From Bacteroidales bacterium (lineage in GTDB: Bacteria > Bacteroidota > Bacteroidia > Bacteroidales > UBA1715), in the NCBI GenBank assembly GCA_017516865.1, contig JAFXAU010000025.1, positions 57,971 through 121,970 on the forward strand: a stretch of DNA of 64,000 nucleotides, given 5' to 3'. The notes under the pieces are model-generated. The model was given only the letters and a program-made list of their open reading frames with translations. It was not told the DNA's origin and made no database searches. The position numbers and the translations under genes were made by a program. Shown in pieces: positions 34,676 through 45,511 of the stretch. The first letter of the stretch is position 1. Each line of letters starts with the position of its first letter.

Positions 34676-36256
34676 TTACTTTTTATATTTTGCCGAAACT
34701 TCTTTTGCTGCCGCAGCCAAAACGCTCTTGATTTCGTCGTCAATTGCGCCGCCTGCTATCTTATCAAGCGTGTCTTTTTGTTTCAGTTCAAGATATTCCA
34801 AATATTCTTTTTCAAATTCAAGAACTTTGTCGATAGGCACATCCGACAGCAATCCTTGCGTACCGCAATAAATAATTGCCACCTGATGTTCAACCTTCAT
34901 CGGCGAATATTGTCCTTGTTTCAAAATTTGAACATTTCTACGTCCTTTTTCAAGTACAGCCATGGTTGCAGCATCCAAATCCGAACCGAATTTCGAGAAT
35001 GCTTCCAATTCACGGAACTGAGCCTGGTCCACACGGAGCGTACCGGCAACTTTCTTCATTGCCTTAATCTGAGCATTACCGCCCACACGCGACACCGAAA
35101 TACCCACGTTGATTGCAGGTCGGATACCAGCATGGAACAAGTTTGACTCAAGATAAATCTGTCCGTCGGTGATTGAAATCACATTCGTAGGAATGTACGC
35201 AGAAACGTCGCCTTCTTGTGTTTCGATAATAGGAAGTGCAGTCAATGAACCGCCACCTTTGATTTTGCCTTTCAACGAAGCAGGCACGTCGTTCATATTC
35301 TTTGCCACATCGTCGTTTGCAATGATTTTTGCAGCACGTTCAAGCAAACGAGAGTGCAGATAGAACACGTCGCCTGGATAAGCTTCACGCCCCGGTGGAC
35401 GACGAAGCAACAACGACACTTCACGATATGCAACTGCCTGTTTTGACAAATCATCGTAGATAATCAAAGCAGGACGGCCAGTATCACGGAAATATTCACC
35501 GATTGCACATCCAGCAAACGGAGCGTAGTACTGTAATGCTGCTGGATCCGAAGCCGTCGACGACACGATTGTCGTGTATGCCATTGCTCCGTGAGCTTCC
35601 AATGTCTTAGCTATACTTGCAACGGTAGAACCTTTTTGACCTACAGCAACATAGATACAATATACAGGTTTACCTTTTTCGTAAAATTCTTTTTGATTGA
35701 TAATCGTATCAATAGCGATTGCAGTCTTACCAGTCTGACGGTCGCCGATAATCAACTCACGTTGTCCGCGTCCGATTGGAATCATCGCGTCGATAGGTTT
35801 GATACCAGTCTGCAATGGTTCATTTACTGGCTGACGGAACAAGATACCTGGAGCCTTTCTTTCAAGAGGCATTTCAACCATGTCTCCTGTGATTTCTCCT
35901 TTACCGTCAATTGGTTCTCCCAAGGTATTTACCACGCGTCCGAGAAGTCCTTCTCCCACCATAATGGAAGCAATCTTCTGTGTTCTCTTCACTGTGTCAC
36001 CTTCGCTGATTCCGTCGGATTCACCGAGAAGCACGGCTCCTACGTTGTCCTCTTCGAGGTTAAGTACAATACCCATAGTTCCATTCGAGAACTCAATCAT
36101 TTCATTTGCCTGAACGTTCGTCAGACCATGGATACGGGCAATGCTATCGCCCACGGAAAGTACCGTTCCCACTTCTTCAAGTTCTGCTTCGGTTTTGTAG
36201 CCTTCAAGCTGCTTTTTTAAGATTTCCGAAACTTCTGCTGGTTTTATATCTGCCAT
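34676..36256 (-). CDS. atpA: ATP synthase F1 alpha subunit
   Basis: [31 protein letters not shown]. Confidence 0.99.
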   Translation of the reverse strand: MADIKPAEVSEILKKQLEGYKTEAELEEVGTVLSVGDSIARIHGLTNVQANEMIEFSNGTMGIVLNLEEDNVGAVLLGESDGISEGDTVKRTQKIASIMVGEGLLGRVVNTLGEPIDGKGEITGDMVEMPLERKAPGILFRQPVNEPLQTGIKPIDAMIPIGRGQRELIIGDRQTGKTAIAIDTIINQKEFYEKGKPVYCIYVAVGQKGSTVASIAKTLEAHGAMAYTTIVSSTASDPAALQYYAPFAGCAIGEYFRDTGRPALIIYDDLSKQAVAYREVSLLLRRPPGREAYPGDVFYLHSRLLERAAKIIANDDVAKNMNDVPASLKGKIKGGGSLTALPIIETQEGDVSAYIPTNVISITDGQIYLESNLFHAGIRPAINVGISVSRVGGNAQIKAMKKVAGTLRVDQAQFRELEAFSKFGSDLDAATMAVLEKGRRNVQILKQGQYSPMKVEHQVAIIYCGTQGLLSDVPIDKVLEFEKEYLEYLELKQKDTLDKIAGGAIDDEIKSVLAAAAKEVSAKYKK

Positions 36257-36273
36257 AATTTAAACGTTTACAC

Positions 36274-36816
36274 TTATTTGTTTGCAATCAATTCTTTTTT
36301 AATTTGTTTCAGTCGTGAACTTACACTTGCATCGTACTGTTGGTCTTCTACACGAAGAATGAAACCACCCATCAACGACGGATCGACTTTTGTCTGAAGT
36401 TCCACTTCGGTGTTCCGAGTTTTTTTCACGAGGTCGGCAACCGATTTCTCCTGTTCTTTCGAAAGCGGTGTGGCCGAAGTCAGCGTAACTGCGGTTATGC
36501 CTTGCTCCTTACGGTAAATAGTGAGCATGTTCCGCAAAATGTCCTGCGTGTACATCTCGCGACCGTTTTCAATTTCGAGATTCAAAAAATCAATAGTTTC
36601 TTCCGAAACTTTCCCTTTCAGCAAACTCGAAACGAAGGCTTTCTTGCCGCTCGGTTTCACAATCGGATTTTGGAAAACTTCAGCCAGTTCGGGAATTTCG
36701 CCCAAACTTTTTATAAGTAGTTTCACGTCGGCAATCACGTTCTCAAGAATTCCCTTTTCTTTGGCGAATTCGAAGAATGCTTTTGCGTACCGAACTGAAA
36801 TTTTACTTTGATTCAT
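36274..36816 (-). CDS. atpH: ATP synthase delta subunit
   Basis: RYAKA, VDPSLMGGF..RV.D..YDAS. Confidence 0.96.
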   Translation of the reverse strand: MNQSKISVRYAKAFFEFAKEKGILENVIADVKLLIKSLGEIPELAEVFQNPIVKPSGKKAFVSSLLKGKVSEETIDFLNLEIENGREMYTQDILRNMLTIYRKEQGITAVTLTSATPLSKEQEKSVADLVKKTRNTEVELQTKVDPSLMGGFILRVEDQQYDASVSSRLKQIKKELIANK

Positions 36817-36833
36817 ATAATTTTATTTTTCGA

Positions 36834-37328
36834 CTAATTGAACTTGAGGTTTTTTATAGACTCTGCGATAATTTCATCGGAAACTTTTTTGTTTTCTAAT
36901 TCTTTTCCGATGACTTTCTCAGCAATTTCGAAAGAGAGTGTTGCCACTTGGCTCTTCAAGTCCTGCATAGCCTGATTTTTCTCGTTTTCGATTGAGACCT
37001 TAGCCGCAGCCATGATTTTATTTGCTTCGGCCGATGCTTCGGCTTTCGCCTGAGCAATCATTTGGTCTTTCATTTCGCGGGCTTCTTTCAACAAATTGTC
37101 GCGTTCTTTGCGTGCTTCTGCGATAATTCTTTCATTGTCGGCTTGAAGCTGCGCCATTTCCGCTTTTGTTTTTTCTGCCAACTGCAAAGCGTCTTCTATC
37201 GACTTGTTACGTTCGTTAATCATGCCAAGTACTGGTTTCCATGCAAATTTTATAAGCAGGAACACGACAAGCAAAAATGTAACTGTTGTCCAAAAGACTA
37301 AACCTATACCAGGGGTTACTAAATCCAT
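36834..37328 (-). CDS. atpF: ATP synthase F0 b subunit
   Basis: PGIGLVFW..TM..KFAWKP...ER...I, coiled coil. Confidence 0.96.
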   Translation of the reverse strand: MDLVTPGIGLVFWTTVTFLLVVFLLIKFAWKPVLGMINERNKSIEDALQLAEKTKAEMAQLQADNERIIAEARKERDNLLKEAREMKDQMIAQAKAEASAEANKIMAAAKVSIENEKNQAMQDLKSQVATLSFEIAEKVIGKELENKKVSDEIIAESIKNLKFN

Positions 37329-37357
37329 ATTATTATAATTTAATTTTGTTCGTTTTC

Positions 37358-37400
37358 AAAAAAAAGTCTGCTTTCGGAGCCAACCGCCCCAAAAGCAAAC
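37358..37400 (-). terminator. Hairpin plus U8 tract between atpE and atpF (internal terminator/stabiliser)
   Basis: Minus strand GTTTGCTTTTGGGGC-GGTTG-GCTCCGAAAGCAGAC then T8. Confidence 0.7.
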
Positions 37401-37412
37401 TGTTTTCGGGTT

Positions 37413-37646
<234 letters not shown>

Positions 37647-37665
37647 TTAAGTTAAACAATCATTT

Positions 37666-38736
37666 TTATGCTTCGTGTCCCTCTGGCATAGCCAAACCAA
37701 TAAACAATGCCGACAACATTGTAAATATGTAAGCCTGCAAAGCGGCAACGAATAATTCAAGTACATCCATAAACATTACAAAGAATACCGAAACCGGGGC
37801 AATCGCCAATGTTCCGAAGATGAAAATCAGCGATGTCAAACTCAGCACGATAATGTGACCTGCGGTGATGTTTGCGAACAAACGAATCATCAACGCGAAC
37901 GGTTTCGTGAAAATACCGATGACCTCAACCACAGCCATAATTGGAATCAATGGCCAAGGCAGACCTGGCATGCAGAAAATATCTTTCCAATATTCTTTGT
38001 TTCCACTGAAGTTTGTGATGAGCAACGTGAACACCGCCAAGACAAACGTAACGGCAATGTTACCCGTCAAGTTTGCACTTCCTGGGAAGAACGGAATCAA
38101 CCCCATCATGTTCGAAATCCAAATGAAGAAGAACACAGTCAACAAATACGGTGTGTATTTGTCGGCATGTCTGCCAAGATTAGGTTCAATCACATCTTCC
38201 TTGATGAACAAAATCACCGGTTCCAACCATGCTTGGAAACCTTTTGGTGCTTGTCCCGGGCGACGCTTGTATGCACGCGCACAACCAATGAACATTACCA
38301 ACATGATGATTGCTACAAGGAATAATGTAAATACATTCTTTGTTATTGAGAAGTCGAGCGGACCTTTGTCGGTCACTTCGCCGTTTTCTACATAGAAAAT
38401 ATCTTGACCTCCCATTTCTTTTGCCACCATTTTATATGTATGGTCGCCTTTTGTTACAGTTTTATGTCCATGTTCAAACTCGCTCGACATGAACACGTCG
38501 ATTGAGAATGGATTCGTGTTCACCAAAATCACTGGCAATGGGAAGCCGACAGCGTGACCGTTGTAATCCCACATGTGCCAATCGTGATTGTCGCCAATGT
38601 GACCAAAAATAGTTTCATTAATATTGAATGCTGGTTTTTCTTCTACAGCCGAATCGTCGTTTGCAAACGATATACAAGAAAAAAGGAAAGTGAAACAAAC
38701 TATTAGAAAATTCCTTTTTGATAATTTCAATATCAT
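37666..38736 (-). CDS. atpB: ATP synthase F0 a subunit (Bacteroidota long form)
   Basis: HIGD.HDWH, DFSITKNV, KPFALMIRLFANITAGH, QAYIFTML. Confidence 0.97.
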   Translation of the reverse strand: MILKLSKRNFLIVCFTFLFSCISFANDDSAVEEKPAFNINETIFGHIGDNHDWHMWDYNGHAVGFPLPVILVNTNPFSIDVFMSSEFEHGHKTVTKGDHTYKMVAKEMGGQDIFYVENGEVTDKGPLDFSITKNVFTLFLVAIIMLVMFIGCARAYKRRPGQAPKGFQAWLEPVILFIKEDVIEPNLGRHADKYTPYLLTVFFFIWISNMMGLIPFFPGSANLTGNIAVTFVLAVFTLLITNFSGNKEYWKDIFCMPGLPWPLIPIMAVVEVIGIFTKPFALMIRLFANITAGHIIVLSLTSLIFIFGTLAIAPVSVFFVMFMDVLELFVAALQAYIFTMLSALFIGLAMPEGHEA

Positions 38737-38977
38737 AGTTTAAAATCTTTTTACTTCGTATAAAATTACAATCTTACAAATGTAGAATTTTTTTTGAAAA
38801 ACGGCAATTCTTTGAAAGATTTTTTAAAGAAAAAGTTAAAAATCTTATAATTCAGATAGTTGCAAGAATAAATTTAGATATAGAAATGCACAATGTCAGG
38901 ATCCTATTAATAAATATGAATCATCGAAAGCAAACGAAAAGACGTAGTGTGCCTCTTGTATAAAACAGGAGGTAATT

Positions 38978-39658
38978 CTATAAACTTTGAGCAAGTGCCT
39001 TCCACAAGTTGTCTTCGGGCACTGGGGCGGTGATTTTTATTGGTTCTTTGGAGACAGGATGGATAAATTCAACAGAACGAGCGTGAAGTGAAATTCCGCC
39101 ATCTTTATTGCTTCGTTCCGCCCCGTATTTTAAATCGCCTTTGATGGGACAACCTATATGTGCCAACTGACAGCGAATTTGGTGATGCCGCCCCGTATGT
39201 AGGTCTATTTCAAGCAAATTGTAGTTTTCCGACGAGGCAATCAATTTATAGCTAAGTCGTGCGAGCTTTGCATCTTTTGAGTCTTTTTGACACACGAATG
39301 ATTTATTTTTCTTCGCATCGCGGCGGATATAATTTTCGAGCGTGGCTGCCTCAATCTCTGGCCGATTTTTTACAATAGCCCAGTATGTCTTCTTGATTTC
39401 TTTTGAACGAAATTGTTCATTGAGCCGTGCCAACGCTTTGCTCGTGCGGGCAAAAACCACCACGCCACTTACAGGTCGGTCAATTCTGTGAACAGCGTTC
39501 AAAAAAACAGCTCCGGGCTTGTTGTATTTTACTTTAATATATTGTTTCGCCAAATCTTCTAAAGCAACATCGCCGGTCGTGTCGGGCTGAACAAGCATGT
39601 TGTTCGGCTTGTTTGCGACTAGAATGTGATTGTCTTCGTATAATACTTGAAAATCCAT
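38978..39658 (-). CDS. RluA-family pseudouridine synthase
   Basis: LYEDNH..ANKP, HRIDRPVSG, TGRHHQIR, PIKGDLKYG, LHA. Confidence 0.93.
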   Translation of the reverse strand: MDFQVLYEDNHILVANKPNNMLVQPDTTGDVALEDLAKQYIKVKYNKPGAVFLNAVHRIDRPVSGVVVFARTSKALARLNEQFRSKEIKKTYWAIVKNRPEIEAATLENYIRRDAKKNKSFVCQKDSKDAKLARLSYKLIASSENYNLLEIDLHTGRHHQIRCQLAHIGCPIKGDLKYGAERSNKDGGISLHARSVEFIHPVSKEPIKITAPVPEDNLWKALAQSL

Positions 39659-40479
39659 CAGTATTGCTCGTTCTCGTTAGGGAAATCGCCCGACTTCACA
39701 TCTGCTATATACCCTCTTGTGGCTTCGGTTATCACGGAAAATAAGTCTGCATAGCGACGAAGGAACCGCGGAGAAAAATCCTTGTTGATTCCCAGCATAT
39801 CGTGGAGCACTAACACTTGACCGTCGACACCTCCGCCTGCTCCAATGCCTATGATAGGCACTTTCACCTCTTTTGCGATTTTCCCTGCCAATTTTGCAGG
39901 AACTTTTTCAATCACAATGGCGAAACAGCCTGCTTCTTCCAATTTGTGAGCATCGGAAATAAGTTTACTTGCCTCTGCTTCTTCTTGAGCACGAACAGCA
40001 TACGTGCCGAATTTATTGATTGATTGCGGGGTTAGTCCAAGATGTCCCATTACAGGAATGCCGGCGGTGATGATTCGTTTTACGGATTCAATTATTTCCT
40101 CTCCGCCTTCCATTTTCACGGCACCGCAACCTGTTTCTTTCATGATTCTAACAGCGGAGTGCAATGCCTCAATCGGGTCGCCTTGATAGGTGCCGAACGG
40201 CAAATCTACGACGATTAAACTACGGTTTACCGCACGTTGCACAGAAGCGGCATGGTAAATCATCTGGTCAAGCGTGATTGGTAACGTTGTAACATTTCCC
40301 GCCATCACGTTCGAGGCGGAATCGCCTACAAGAATCACGTCAATTCCTGCCTGGTCCAATATTTTTGCCAAAGAATAGTCGTAGGCGGTAAGCATGGAAA
40401 TCTTCTCGCCGCGTTGTTTCATCGCACTCAATACGTGCGTTGTAACCACTTTTTCCGAAATTGTATTTGCTGTTGACAT
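39658..40479 (-). CDS. panB: 3-methyl-2-oxobutanoate hydroxymethyltransferase
   Basis: [40 protein letters not shown]. Confidence 0.97.
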   Translation of the reverse strand: MSTANTISEKVVTTHVLSAMKQRGEKISMLTAYDYSLAKILDQAGIDVILVGDSASNVMAGNVTTLPITLDQMIYHAASVQRAVNRSLIVVDLPFGTYQGDPIEALHSAVRIMKETGCGAVKMEGGEEIIESVKRIITAGIPVMGHLGLTPQSINKFGTYAVRAQEEAEASKLISDAHKLEEAGCFAIVIEKVPAKLAGKIAKEVKVPIIGIGAGGGVDGQVLVLHDMLGINKDFSPRFLRRYADLFSVITEATRGYIADVKSGDFPNENEQY

Positions 40480-40538
40480 TTCAATATTTTTTTACAAAGG
40501 TACCATTTTATTTATGTAAGCATCCAAAATTTGGGAAT

Positions 40539-41597
40539 TTAATTGAATCCCTCCGATGTCAGCCATTTCTGATATTCTACGGCGTTTTTTCTATGCTGTT
40601 CAAACGTCGAAGCAAAATTGCTGTAGCCTGAATAATTCGGTTGGGCACAGAAATAATAAAAATTGCTTCGTTCGTAATTCAAAACGGCTTCTATCGCGGC
40701 TTTCGACGGAATGCAGATTGGTCCCGGAGGAAGCCCTGCGTGCTCGTATGTGCTATACGGCGACGATTTTGCCCGTTCAATATGACCTTTGCGGATTCGT
40801 TTAATTTCGAAATCGTTCAAGGCAAATTTTATTGTCGGATCGGCTTGCAATTTGCCGCCTGTTGCTGTGCCGTTCAGTCTGTTCATGTAAACTCCTGCGA
40901 TACGGGGTTTTTCGTCGTTGTGACGTGTTTCTTGATCAACAATTGAAGCTAAAGTCATAACTTTTTGCGGAGTCAGTCCAATTGATTTTGCTTTGCTTCT
41001 TCGTTTGTCATTCCAATAATTATTGTACTCTTTTGCCATTTTCTCTAAAAATTGACGCGCCGAAGTATTCCAGTAAAATTCATACGTATCGGGCAGAAAC
41101 AAGCAGATGGTGTTTGCTTTGTTGAATCCTAGGGAATCCATAAACTGCCGATTGTCGGTGAGAGAAATCAAATCGTCGTATTTCGCTTCCAATTTTTCAG
41201 AGGCAAGTTCAAGAACTTCTTCGTAATGACGGGCATTTGTGATGGAAAGCCGTACCGTTGCGCGTTTCCCTGAACGGAACAATCGAACAGCCTCGAACGC
41301 CGACATGCCATTTTGCAATTCGTATAAACCTGGATAAATGTGATGTTCCAAATCAAGAATTTTTGCAACAAGGCGGAATCCCATCGGATGTTTTACATTA
41401 AAAACTAAGTCGAGATTCTCTGCAATATCATCAACGGAAGAACCTGTCGCTACGGTCGTGTACATTTTTTCTTGCCCCGATTTACAGTAAATATTTTCAC
41501 CGAACATAATCAAGGCTAAATAGCCGCCAACAAGCAAGCCGACAGCAACGCAAATGCCTAAGATGTATCGCAGATTTGATTTTTTCTTTATAGCCAT
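40539..41597 (-). CDS. mltG: Endolytic transglycosylase MltG
   Basis: N-terminal TM; LPDTY, LASIV..ET, IAGVY.NRL, LQADPT, SPY.TY..GLPPGPI. Confidence 0.95.
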   Translation of the reverse strand: MAIKKKSNLRYILGICVAVGLLVGGYLALIMFGENIYCKSGQEKMYTTVATGSSVDDIAENLDLVFNVKHPMGFRLVAKILDLEHHIYPGLYELQNGMSAFEAVRLFRSGKRATVRLSITNARHYEEVLELASEKLEAKYDDLISLTDNRQFMDSLGFNKANTICLFLPDTYEFYWNTSARQFLEKMAKEYNNYWNDKRRSKAKSIGLTPQKVMTLASIVDQETRHNDEKPRIAGVYMNRLNGTATGGKLQADPTIKFALNDFEIKRIRKGHIERAKSSPYSTYEHAGLPPGPICIPSKAAIEAVLNYERSNFYYFCAQPNYSGYSNFASTFEQHRKNAVEYQKWLTSEGFN

Positions 41598-41677
41598 TTT
41601 AAAAAATTTACAATGCCCAAAACTATAAAAAATAGTTCAAAAACAAATAATTAAATACCTTTGCAAAAAAACAGTCT

Positions 41678-42895
41678 ATGTTTGATGTCGAAACCATACG
41701 GAAGGATTTTCCCATTTTAAGCCAAAAAGTGAACAATCACAATTTGGTTTATTTTGACAATGCTGCCACTACGCAAAAGCCTCAGGCAGTGATTGATGCA
41801 ATTGTTGAATCATATACAAAAACAAATAGCAACATTCATCGAGGAATCCATACATTGAGTCAAATTTCGACTAATTTATATGAAGCGGCACGAAAAACAG
41901 TGCAGTCTTTTATTCATGCTCCTCACGATTATGAAATTATTTTCACCAAGGGTGTAACGGAGTCTTTAAATCTTGTGGCACAGATATTTAGCGAAGCTTT
42001 TTTGGAAGAAGGTGATGAGGTAATTGTTTCGGCTATGGAACATCATTCCAATCTTGTTCCATGGCAGATTGTCTGTGAACGTCACAAGGCGCATTTGAAG
42101 TTTATTCCGTTCAATCACGACGGTGTTCTCGATATTGAAGCATATAAAAATTTATTTACTGAAAAGACAAAATTTGTTTCTGTCGTACATGTTTCAAATA
42201 CGCTCGGCACGGTCAATCCGATAAAAACAATGATTGACATTGCCCACGGACACAATGTCCCCATAATGATTGACGGAGCTCAATCTGTGCAGCATTTCCC
42301 GATAGATGTTCAAGAATTAGACTGCGATTTTTTTGCTTTTTCGGGACATAAAATTTATGCTCCTACGGGCATCGGCGTGCTGTGGGGCAAGGAAAAATGG
42401 CTGGAAAAACTGCCTCCGTACCAAGGCGGTGGCGATATGATAAAGACCGTCACTCTTGAGAAAACAATTTATAATGATTTGCCATTTAAATTTGAAGCTG
42501 GAACTACCAATTACGTCGGCGCCCATGCTCTTGGCGTCGCTTTAAATTATTTGACAAATCTTGGCATGGAAAATATTCATTCTCACGAAAAAGATTTGAT
42601 GTTGTATGCGACTGAAAAACTCAGTCAGATTCCGTATGTCACGATTATAGGCAACGCGCCCGAAAAAGCTGGAGCAATTTCGTTCGAAGTTGACGGAGCA
42701 CATAGTGCCGACATCGGCATGATACTCGACAAACAGGGAATCGCCATTAGAACGGGAACGCACTGCACGGAACCTATCATGCAGTATTACGGTGTTCCTG
42801 GTACTGCGAGAATGTCGTTCGGGTTGTACAATACCCGTGACGAAATAGATTATTTTGTAAAAATGCTTTCGAAAATAGCAATGATGTTTCAATAA
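41678..42895 (+). CDS. sufS: Cysteine desulfurase, SufS type
   Basis: YFDNAATTQKP, MEHHSN, FSGHK, FEAGT, RTGTHC. Confidence 0.93.
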   Translation: MFDVETIRKDFPILSQKVNNHNLVYFDNAATTQKPQAVIDAIVESYTKTNSNIHRGIHTLSQISTNLYEAARKTVQSFIHAPHDYEIIFTKGVTESLNLVAQIFSEAFLEEGDEVIVSAMEHHSNLVPWQIVCERHKAHLKFIPFNHDGVLDIEAYKNLFTEKTKFVSVVHVSNTLGTVNPIKTMIDIAHGHNVPIMIDGAQSVQHFPIDVQELDCDFFAFSGHKIYAPTGIGVLWGKEKWLEKLPPYQGGGDMIKTVTLEKTIYNDLPFKFEAGTTNYVGAHALGVALNYLTNLGMENIHSHEKDLMLYATEKLSQIPYVTIIGNAPEKAGAISFEVDGAHSADIGMILDKQGIAIRTGTHCTEPIMQYYGVPGTARMSFGLYNTRDEIDYFVKMLSKIAMMFQ

Positions 42896-42906
42896 AAAAT
42901 ATAGAC

Positions 42907-43776
42907 ATGCAAAAATTAGAACCAAACGACCCCTGCTGGTGTGGGAGCGGAAAGAAATACAAGAAATGCCATTGGCTTCAGGATTGTGAACTCGACAAAT
43001 ATCGCCGCGAAGGCTTTCGAATTCTGCCTCGGACAATTTTATATTCTGCCGAGGAAATTGAGAAAATCCGTGCTGCCGGTGCGTTGAACCATGCCGTGCT
43101 CGATATGGTTCAGTCGGAAATCAAAGAAGGTGTTTCCACCGAACATCTCGACAATCTTGTGCGTGAATTTACCTACGACCACCACGCCATTCCTGCGTGT
43201 CTGAACTACGAAGGTTTCCCAAAAAGTTGCTGCATCTCCATCAACGAGGTTGTGTGCCACGGCATTCCTTCGCCCGACAAAATCATAAAAGACGGCGACA
43301 TTGTGAATGTTGACTGTACCACAATTCTCGATGGTTATTTCGGCGACAGTAGCCGTATGTATTGCATTGGCAATGTGGCTCCGAACGCCCAGAAATTGGT
43401 CGATGTGGCAAAAGAATGTCTTGAAATTGGACTGAAACAAGTTAAGCCTTACGGCAGATTAAACGATATTGGCGATGCCATTGAACCGTATGCCAACGAC
43501 AACGGTTTCAGCATTGTACGCGACCTGTGTGGACACGGTATCGGCAAAAAATTCCACGACGAACCCGAAGTGGTGCACTACGCGCAGCCCCGTCAACGTG
43601 GCGTGCTGATGGTTCCTGGCATGGTTTTCACCATAGAGCCAATGGTAAACGAAGGTACGTGGAAGTGCAAATTCCTGAAAGACGGCTGGACAGTCATCAC
43701 TGCCGACAAAAAACTCTCCGCCCAGTGGGAACACACGCTGGTGGTGACGGAAAATGGGTATGAGATTTTGACGTAA
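42907..43776 (+). CDS. map: Type I methionine aminopeptidase with N-terminal SEC-C motif
   Basis: NDPCWCGSGKKYKKCH; CISINEVVCHGIP, GHGIG..FH, FTIEPM, SAQWEHT. Confidence 0.96.
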   Translation: MQKLEPNDPCWCGSGKKYKKCHWLQDCELDKYRREGFRILPRTILYSAEEIEKIRAAGALNHAVLDMVQSEIKEGVSTEHLDNLVREFTYDHHAIPACLNYEGFPKSCCISINEVVCHGIPSPDKIIKDGDIVNVDCTTILDGYFGDSSRMYCIGNVAPNAQKLVDVAKECLEIGLKQVKPYGRLNDIGDAIEPYANDNGFSIVRDLCGHGIGKKFHDEPEVVHYAQPRQRGVLMVPGMVFTIEPMVNEGTWKCKFLKDGWTVITADKKLSAQWEHTLVVTENGYEILT

Positions 43777-43823
43777 TTCACAATTCACAATGCATAATGC
43801 ACAATTCACAATGAAAAATTAAC
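43775..43823 (+). repeat. Tandem heptamer array, 7 units of AAT(T/G)CAC type
   Basis: AATTCAC AATTCAC AATGCAT AATGCAC AATTCAC AATGAAA AATTAAC, starting inside the map stop codon. Confidence 0.9.
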
Positions 43824-43833
43824 ACCACAACCA

Positions 43834-44190
43834 ATGAAAAAAGATGCCGACAACATCATTATTGTTAAGAGTAAATCTTTTGCCCTTGAAATAATACAGA
43901 TTTATTCATATCTGTGTGATACAAAGAAAGAGTATGTTCTTTCCAAGCAAATGCTTCGAAGCGGAACAAGCATAGGGGCGAATGTAAAAGAGGCTGTTCG
44001 TGCCCAAAGCAAAGCTGATTTTCATGCAAAAATGAATATTGCGCTTAAAGAAGCAAGCGAAACTGAGTATTGGTTGGAATTACTTACAGAGTCAAAAATT
44101 ATTGTTAAAGAACAAGCGGATCAACTACTTTTCCGTTGCCGAGAGCTTCTACGAATGTTAACTTCTATCGTAAAAAATAGTGTCGCATAG
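43834..44190 (+). CDS. Four-helix-bundle protein (23S rRNA IVS protein / TIGR02436-like)
   Basis: KS..FA..I, LSKQMLRSGTSIGANV.EA..AQSKADF..K..IALKEASET.YWLELL. Confidence 0.92.
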   Translation: MKKDADNIIIVKSKSFALEIIQIYSYLCDTKKEYVLSKQMLRSGTSIGANVKEAVRAQSKADFHAKMNIALKEASETEYWLELLTESKIIVKEQADQLLFRCRELLRMLTSIVKNSVA

Positions 44191-44218
44191 TAAATTTCAT
44201 ATTTCACACCGCATGACA

Positions 44219-44267
44219 ATACATTGCACATTGAACATTATGCATTGTGCATTGTGCATTGTGCATT
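44219..44267 (-). repeat. Tandem heptamer array, 7 units, inverted relative to 43775-43823
   Basis: ATACATT GCACATT GAACATT ATGCATT GTGCATT GTGCATT GTGCATT (reverse complement AATGCAC). Confidence 0.9.
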
Positions 44268-44280
44268 TTTTCGTATTGTC

Positions 44281-45411
44281 ATGACAAAAGCTGGAATATA
44301 CATCCACATTCCCTATTGCGCTAAGCTTTGCTACTACTGCGATTTTCATTTTAGTCTGAATTTGAAAACGCGGGAGGAGTTTGTAAGTGCTGTTTGTGAG
44401 GAGTTGCGTATGCGGAAGAATTTCGTTGCGGCTCCTGTTGAAACGTTGTATTTTGGTGGAGGAACGCCGTCGTTGTTGAGTGTTGAGGAATTACGGAAAA
44501 TCTTTTCGGTTATTCGGAAGAATTTTGTTGTTCAGCCGTGGGCTGAGGTTTCGTTTGAATGCAATCCCGACGATATTACCGAGGAATATTGCAACGCCTT
44601 GCGTGATTTGGGCATAAACCGTTTGAGCATCGGGATTCAGTCATTTTTCGACGATGACCTTCGTGCGCTCAACCGCCGTCATTCTGCCGAATCAGCACGA
44701 AATGCAGTGAAAATTGCACAAAAAGTTGGATTTCAGAATATTACCGTTGATTTGATTTACGGTCTTCCCAATATGACGGTGGAACGATGGAAACAAAATC
44801 TTGCCGAAGTCGAAAAACTCAACGTACAACATTTATCGGCGTATTCGCTTATGGTAGAGCCACATACGGCGCTCAACACGTTTGTTCGCCGTGGAACAGT
44901 TCATTTGCCGACGGAAGAATCCGTTTTGGAACAATTTAATTATTTGATTGACTGGTCGGAACAAACAGGTTTTGAGCAATATGAGATTTCGAATTTTGCC
45001 CGTAACGGTATGTATTCACGGCATAATTCATCGTATTGGACAGGCGAACCGTATCTCGGAGTCGGTCCGTCGGCGCACTCGTTCGATGGCGAAAAACGTT
45101 ATTGGAACATTGCCCACAATGCAAAATACATTGCGTCCATCAAACAAGGAATTCTTCCCTGCGGAACCGAAACATTGTCACTTCGCGACAAATATAATGA
45201 ATTGATATTGACTGGTTTGCGGACAAAAAAAGGTATTTGTTGCGAAACAGTAAAAACGCTATTTTCCGATTTTTTCTTCTCTTTCGAGCAGCACAAAAAA
45301 ATCTATCTTGCACGAGAGCTTTTACAAGAACAGAATGGCAACATTTCGCTCACACGCAAAGGTATAATGCTGTCGGATGCGATTATGAGCGATTTCTTCG
45401 TGACGGAATAA
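44281..45411 (+). CDS. hemW: Radical SAM heme chaperone HemW
   Basis: YIHIPYCAKLCYYCDF, YFGGGTPS, YEISNFA, HNSSYW; ATG 44281 preferred. Confidence 0.92.
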   Translation: MTKAGIYIHIPYCAKLCYYCDFHFSLNLKTREEFVSAVCEELRMRKNFVAAPVETLYFGGGTPSLLSVEELRKIFSVIRKNFVVQPWAEVSFECNPDDITEEYCNALRDLGINRLSIGIQSFFDDDLRALNRRHSAESARNAVKIAQKVGFQNITVDLIYGLPNMTVERWKQNLAEVEKLNVQHLSAYSLMVEPHTALNTFVRRGTVHLPTEESVLEQFNYLIDWSEQTGFEQYEISNFARNGMYSRHNSSYWTGEPYLGVGPSAHSFDGEKRYWNIAHNAKYIASIKQGILPCGTETLSLRDKYNELILTGLRTKKGICCETVKTLFSDFFFSFEQHKKIYLARELLQEQNGNISLTRKGIMLSDAIMSDFFVTE

Positions 45412-45511
45412 GTGTTTCTTTACCAAAGTTTTACAATCTTTATTGTTAATAAAATGTGAAATGTTTGTGGAATGTAAAAAAATTCCTATTTTTGCCTGCT
45501 TAATTTTTAGT

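Noticed and set aside
43834-44190. Diversity-generating retroelement (Avd-like gene)
   Set aside because: No reverse transcriptase and no TR/VR pair with adenine-specific differences; the 115-bp repeat at 59698/60499 is intragenic and differs only at synonymous sites
44224-44280. N-terminal extension of HemW (MHIEHYALCIVHCAFF) and similar text in ORF 43459-43809
   Set aside because: Translation of the heptamer arrays; the conserved HemW sequence starts at ATG 44281
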